Shown in pieces: positions 53,677-58,179 of a DNA stretch of 58,179 nucleotides. The DNA lies in the IMG/VR virus record IMGVR_UViG_3300034170_000025, positions 1 through 58,179 of that record. One strand, written 5' to 3'. How positions within the stretch are numbered: position 1 is the stretch's first letter; every line of letters starts with the position of its first letter. Made by a program: the position numbers and the translations under genes. The notes under the pieces are model-generated. The model ran no database searches, was not told the origin of the DNA, and saw nothing but the letters and a program-made list of their open reading frames with translations. The stretch comes from a virus. Taxonomy: Duplodnaviria > Caudoviricetes.

Positions 53677-54576
53677 TTATTGAGCCTCCATTTCAAAGTA
53701 TTTTTCGATTACAGCACGGCGATCACCTTCTGATGTAGCTTTCCACTTTTCTTCATCCCACCAGCGAGTGATATAATTAACGATGTCGTAGAACTCTTCA
53801 TCAAGAGTTTTCAAGAACTCTTCTTTGTTGGTAAACATCTGAGTCACTTTCTTGTGGCCCATCCGCATCAAGAACTTCTTGCTCAGGTAGTGTGGAGATT
53901 TGATCTTCATGACAGTTTCACGTGTCTGAGCATCAATCACCATCCAGCCTTCGTGTTTGCATGTCTTCACTTGCTCCCACAGTTCACCGAAGGTTCCACG
54001 GAATGTCTCTGGGCGTTTAGCACCAAGGCGTTCGGCCATTGAGTCGAGGAGAGCTTCTGTTGCCATCTTACCAGTTTCCATAAGGCGAGCACCGATAAGA
54101 TATGCACCAAATTCTTCTTCCACAATATGAGGGTCCGACTCATCACAAATTTCGAACAGTAGTGTGAACCCAAGTGCCAGCCCAGTGAGAAGGTTTTGTC
54201 CTTCCAGGGCTTCAATGTGCTTACGTGCCAACACAGCAAAATCAGAATCCAGGGAGCCAGTCGTAGAAACAATAAGCTCATCATTCCAGTAACGACAAGC
54301 AGCCATGAAGCCGTTGACCTTACGCGGAGCAACAATCTTTGTGTCTGGAGTCAACTCAAGGCCAGCCCCATTCTCTTTGTAGTTGAACACCTTCGTGAAG
54401 GGCCAGATCACCTTGTTACCAGCATCGTCTAGCACAAGGCCACGTGCTTCCAACAGAAGAGGGTCAGTGTTCCAAAGTGCGTCATAGAACACTTTGCGGG
54501 AGTACTTGAACACGGATAGACCGTTGTCGTAACGCTTCTGCTTTACCAGACCATCTTTGATCAATTGCTCAAACAT
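53677..54576 (-). CDS. RNA ligase (T4 Rnl1-like)
   Basis: FKY, EARGLV, KVFN, motif I KVNG, LFEI, EGW, KIKS..Y. Confidence 0.85.
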   Translation of the reverse strand: MFEQLIKDGLVKQKRYDNGLSVFKYSRKVFYDALWNTDPLLLEARGLVLDDAGNKVIWPFTKVFNYKENGAGLELTPDTKIVAPRKVNGFMAACRYWNDELIVSTTGSLDSDFAVLARKHIEALEGQNLLTGLALGFTLLFEICDESDPHIVEEEFGAYLIGARLMETGKMATEALLDSMAERLGAKRPETFRGTFGELWEQVKTCKHEGWMVIDAQTRETVMKIKSPHYLSKKFLMRMGHKKVTQMFTNKEEFLKTLDEEFYDIVNYITRWWDEEKWKATSEGDRRAVIEKYFEMEAQ

Positions 54577-54751
54577 TACTCAAACTCCTCAAAATCATTG
54601 TGAACTGTATGTGGACCCCAGTGTACTATATAACCAGCCATCTTGGGAAATCTTTCTTCAATTTCTTGCTTAGTCAAACTGGCAGGGTCGAAAATACCAA
54701 CGATGCAATCCCAACCAAGCTCGACATTTGTCACAACCCAAACTTTCATGG

Positions 54752-54973
54752 TCATTGCTCCAGAGTAATCTTGCCGTCAAAGACACTGAATTCAGTTACA
54801 ATCCATTGCTCACCATAAGCACCATCCTCAAGGGAGACACCAGGAAATTCATCACCCATTACGATACCAGTTGCCATTACTACGAATGGCGGAATGTCTT
54901 GGTGAATCATCAGTGTACCAGGCTTTACCTCTGGTAGCACCTTCATTTCTGTGTCAATTGTGATCCTAGCCAT
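54752..54973 (-). CDS. Hypothetical protein
   Basis: TAATG coupling. Confidence 0.6.
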   Translation of the reverse strand: MARITIDTEMKVLPEVKPGTLMIHQDIPPFVVMATGIVMGDEFPGVSLEDGAYGEQWIVTEFSVFDGKITLEQ

Positions 54974-55542
54974 TACTCACGCTCCCCTGTGTGGTGGTCA
55001 TTTACGACAAATTCTTGCTTAGCCATATGAATCTTTACTTCTGCAAGCGAGAATACCTGTCGATCAGGGTGGTTGTCAATGCCTACGTCAAGACGTTTGC
55101 CACGTGGAGGCAGCGAGCCATGACAGTGACCATGCAGATGCCATGCACCGTGGTGCGCCTTGTTCCAAGTCTCGAATGGGTAGTGACACATCACGACCTT
55201 GGTACGGTCGATTGTAATCTCCTTGTAGTGACACACTTCGATGACGTGGGCAAGATTAGCCTTCTCAATCTCCTCCCAGAGCCCATCTTGGCAATGGTTT
55301 CCTTTTATGAAGGTGATCTGCCCGTTCAGGCTTTTAATCAGCTCAATCATTGCACCAGACTTCTTGCGGCCAGCGAAGGTGAAGTCTCCAAGGTGGAATA
55401 CTTGATCCATTAGACCAACGCGGGAGTTCCAACGCTTTACAATCTCAGCGTCTTGCTCCTCATAGGTCCAAGGTCGGTTGCAATATTCGATGATGTTCTT
55501 ATGCCCGAAATGCAGGTCACTTGTAAACCAAATTTCACTCAT
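54973..55542 (-). CDS. Calcineurin-like phosphoesterase
   Basis: SDLHFGH, HLGDF, GNH, HYP, HGHCH, DVGID. Confidence 0.9.
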   Translation of the reverse strand: MSEIWFTSDLHFGHKNIIEYCNRPWTYEEQDAEIVKRWNSRVGLMDQVFHLGDFTFAGRKKSGAMIELIKSLNGQITFIKGNHCQDGLWEEIEKANLAHVIEVCHYKEITIDRTKVVMCHYPFETWNKAHHGAWHLHGHCHGSLPPRGKRLDVGIDNHPDRQVFSLAEVKIHMAKQEFVVNDHHTGERE

Positions 55543-56048
55543 TACTCTTCTCCTTTGTTAAATAGCAGCTTACCAGCCCAAATTCCAGCAGTCAGGATAG
55601 CCAACTGTTTCGGATACTTCAGCATACCCTTCTCGCCTTTTGCACGTTCTGCTGGATTTGCAGAACCAGAACTTTGGAAGCTCTGAGCCAAGTTAGCCAT
55701 CGTATCACAGATTTTTACCTCGCGTGCAATAGCTGATACAATACAGCCAGCAAGGTAGTGCTCGTACTCCATACCCTTCGTCTTTGTTAGACGCTTCACA
55801 GCATCAGCGATAGCTAGGCCAAATTCATCCTGAATCTTCTTGAAGGTAATACCACAGTCTTCCATAGTGTCATGCAACCAAGCTACAGCAATATAGGTTG
55901 GCAATAGTGGATCACCAAACTTGCGGATCATGACGTTATCGACAACCTTAGACAGGTGATAGCTATAAGGATGTTCACCGTACATCTGATCACCATGAGC
56001 TTCAATTGCAAACTTCATGGCACGGGTTTCTAGATTGTTTAGGCACAT
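55542..56048 (-). CDS. HD-domain hydrolase ((p)ppGpp hydrolase/Mesh1-like)
   Basis: AH.DQ.YG..PY..HL, AWLHDTMED, LTK, VKICD..ANL. Confidence 0.8.
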   Translation of the reverse strand: MCLNNLETRAMKFAIEAHGDQMYGEHPYSYHLSKVVDNVMIRKFGDPLLPTYIAVAWLHDTMEDCGITFKKIQDEFGLAIADAVKRLTKTKGMEYEHYLAGCIVSAIAREVKICDTMANLAQSFQSSGSANPAERAKGEKGMLKYPKQLAILTAGIWAGKLLFNKGEE

Positions 56049-56077
56049 GCGTACAGCTCCTTAAAATTTACAGATGA

Positions 56078-56102
56078 AGAAGCCCTCCTTGTGAGAGGGC
56101 TT
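56078..56102 (-). terminator. Hairpin terminator
   Basis: AAGCCCTC..GAGGGCTT. Confidence 0.55.
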
Positions 56103-56107
56103 AAGGG

Positions 56108-56512
56108 TTACATTCCTAGTAGTTCTTCTACAACCTTGTTGAGAGGGACTACCATCACATCAAGCGTGTTAACCATACCATGCTTGTTAATTGATAGTTT
56201 TACCTGTTTCACTAGCTTAGAAGCTCTGGCGAGTTGAACACCAATACTGCTAAAACCCCTTGCAAGGTTTACACATGTAGGCTTAACCTCATTTGAATCT
56301 TTAGGAATGTACCATTCATAAACATCGAGGTTGTGCAGCTTAGCTGCGGTATTGAAGCTCAAGTATTTGTTACCCTTGAGAGCCCTGTTCTTGGTTACAA
56401 ATCGGCCAGAGCTAGCTTCATCGTCAAGCGTATAACCGAGGGCATACATAAAGTTCAGTACAGATCGTGCCTGCACCATTGTTGTATCAAGCACTACGAA
56501 TTGTTCAGTCAT
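56108..56512 (-). CDS. Hypothetical protein
   Basis: AAGGAG SD before ATG 56512. Confidence 0.65.
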   Translation of the reverse strand: MTEQFVVLDTTMVQARSVLNFMYALGYTLDDEASSGRFVTKNRALKGNKYLSFNTAAKLHNLDVYEWYIPKDSNEVKPTCVNLARGFSSIGVQLARASKLVKQVKLSINKHGMVNTLDVMVVPLNKVVEELLGM

Positions 56513-56522
56513 GTCTTTCTCC

Positions 56523-57695
56523 TTATTCATAATCACGAATTACTACACCAGTTGGGAACTGTGGCAGTTTAGTCTTCTTGAAGCGAGACTGGTATCTTAC
56601 AGTAATCATCTTACTGATGTAAAGCTCTTTGTTAGCCAGATACTCAGCCCGTTTAGCCATAGAACCCAGTGTAACAGTGAAGGTCCGGTCATTCAAGTTG
56701 TTTCTCACAACAAAGCATGAACCATCGTCCTTGGCTTCGATAACGTCTAGAATCTCAAACTCAGCATCAACAAACTCTTTATACTTCTGAAGATCAGCAG
56801 AACGCTTGCCGCTCTCGTACAAACCCTTGAAGTTTCGGAGCATCAAACCTTCATAGCCACGGTCAACAGCATCATCGTGCTTAACCTTCATGTCAGCTTC
56901 ATCAGCAACCCAAACGTACTGGGTGATCTGAATGCAAGGAGACACAACTGGGATGCCAGTTAGCTCGTCAAGGTCTTTTACACGCTCTGAGAACTCTTTA
57001 TCAGAGTAGATATCAAAGATGTGGAACTCCAGCTTAGGGCGAATCTCATGGATCAGGTAAGCCTCTTCTACTTCATCACAAGAAAGCTTATGCTTCTCAG
57101 CATTGTAAGGGACAGCATACCGGGCCTTCTCAGCCTTCTTTACAGCAGCATCAATCTTAGCTTGAGTATCAGTACGACCTACAGCAGAGGTAATATCTTG
57201 TAGGCATTCTCCATGCAGATAGATTTCACCATCCCAGATATCTCCATCACGCATATGGATGGATAGGGCAGCATGGATATGTGGAAGGTTATAAGTCTGC
57301 GATGTGCGAGACTCAATGGTAACAACACCATTACGTTTCTTCGCCAGGGCACGCACGCCGTCATATTTATCAGAACCGAAGCATGGATATACAACACTCT
57401 TACCACGCTTGCGGTAATCAGCAGCAAGCATAGCCAAGATGTCAAGGTTTTCAAGATCAACCTTGTTCTCACGGTAGTTTTTATCTTCTTGCTTCTTTAT
57501 GCGAGCACGTGCCTCAAGATCAGCTTGCTCTCCAAGTGTACGGCCTTGTTTGCCTTCACTAATATGCTCGTTCTTGATGGTCATCTTACCACCAAGTTTT
57601 CCGTGACTGATAGTGATTTCACCAGCTTCAGATGTGGTAATAGTCCAAACCTTGAAGCCACCTTTCTTGTCAAGCCCATAAAGTGTCTTAATCAT
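56523..57695 (-). CDS. ATP-dependent DNA ligase
   Basis: MLA, KYDGVR, DGEIY, IFD, EGLMLR, KYK, C-terminal OB fold with FP. Confidence 0.92.
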   Translation of the reverse strand: MIKTLYGLDKKGGFKVWTITTSEAGEITISHGKLGGKMTIKNEHISEGKQGRTLGEQADLEARARIKKQEDKNYRENKVDLENLDILAMLAADYRKRGKSVVYPCFGSDKYDGVRALAKKRNGVVTIESRTSQTYNLPHIHAALSIHMRDGDIWDGEIYLHGECLQDITSAVGRTDTQAKIDAAVKKAEKARYAVPYNAEKHKLSCDEVEEAYLIHEIRPKLEFHIFDIYSDKEFSERVKDLDELTGIPVVSPCIQITQYVWVADEADMKVKHDDAVDRGYEGLMLRNFKGLYESGKRSADLQKYKEFVDAEFEILDVIEAKDDGSCFVVRNNLNDRTFTVTLGSMAKRAEYLANKELYISKMITVRYQSRFKKTKLPQFPTGVVIRDYE

Positions 57696-57928
57696 TCGTC
57701 GTCTCCCATCTCATTGATTCGTTTCCAGAGTTCACGTTCCCACTCCCCAACGTCTTCACTACTGTAGAGAACATTTACAGTGGCGCTGCTAACCCACGCA
57801 AGTTCCTCTCCCAAGTCTTTTTCAACAAGGTCAACAAAATCCTCCACACCATCTACCTGATCATAGGTAAATAGGTAGTCATCTCCAGACTCAGTTTTAA
57901 GATGTACAGAAACGATTGTCACGCTCAT
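57692..57928 (-). CDS. Acidic hypothetical protein
   Basis: ATGA overlaps at both ends. Confidence 0.65.
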   Translation of the reverse strand: MSVTIVSVHLKTESGDDYLFTYDQVDGVEDFVDLVEKDLGEELAWVSSATVNVLYSSEDVGEWERELWKRINEMGDDE

Positions 57929-58179
57929 AGCTTTTCCACCTCCACGTTATACTTTCTTAGGTAATCAATGCCAGTTGTCAAGCGATATTCATCCCTATAA
58001 ACGACGCGCCTGATCCCTGCCCTAACCAGCAACTTGGAGCACTCCAAGCAAGGTGAGAGAGTAACATACATTGTCGCCCCTTTGGTTGATAGTCCCTGCT
58101 CCAGGCATTTCCCCAACGAATTAAGTTCGGCATGTACAACCTCGGGATTCCCGTCAGGTGAGAATTCCCATTCATTAGG
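57925..58179 (-). CDS. dCMP deaminase, 5' end outside window
   Basis: Frame is open to the window edge: VVHAELN...TLSPCLECSK. Confidence 0.9.
   Translation of the reverse strand, partial: PNEWEFSPDGNPEVVHAELNSLGKCLEQGLSTKGATMYVTLSPCLECSKLLVRAGIRRVVYRDEYRLTTGIDYLRKYNVEVEKL

Noticed and set aside
57925-58179. Apparent truncation or frameshift of dCMP deaminase (63-aa ORF in the track)
   Set aside because: The frame stays open to the window edge and includes the HAE motif; the gene is only cut by the window.
1-58179. Prophage or integrative element
   Set aside because: No integrase, repressor, att site or host flanking genes; the content is typical of a lytic phage.

Overview
The window is a 58-kb slice of a large lytic dsDNA tailed phage genome. 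The probable host is a gammaproteobacterium, likely Pseudomonas; this is inferred from gene content and a Pseudomonas-type parS sequence. No capsid, terminase, integrase, tRNA or CRISPR array is visible. (1) 1-27.4 kb, + strand: replication and nucleotide genes (primase-helicase, PolA, SSB-like, exonuclease, HNH nucleases, ThyX, NrdAB, glutaredoxin), then an accessory block. That block holds a divergent CoaB-like enzyme, MazG-like, four paralogous small proteins sharing a W-x-(x)-S-S-x-(x)-C tail, SH3-like repeat proteins and a Pol-beta-type nucleotidyltransferase. (2) 27.4-36.5 kb: an early or host-takeover block with about 12 strong sigma70 promoters. Two non-coding segments bracket it and carry repeats, phased A-tracts, Fur-like boxes, sigma54-like sites, a parS site and an array of GNA-loop mini-hairpins. 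This is plausibly a long direct terminal repeat. (3) 37.9-58.2 kb, - strand: counter-defence and stress genes (release-factor-like/L7-L12 fusion with GGM in place of GGQ, TerD/TerC/vWA/TelA, SLOG, macrodomain, NARP1-like Namat+Adps, RNA ligase, kinase, phosphoesterase, HD hydrolase, DNA ligase, dCMP deaminase). The best candidates for undescribed systems are the WxSSxC family plus nucleotidyltransferase locus, the host-protein binding-site and hairpin arrays at the putative termini, and the GGM release-factor-like fusion. All product calls come from motif recognition by eye; no database searches were run.
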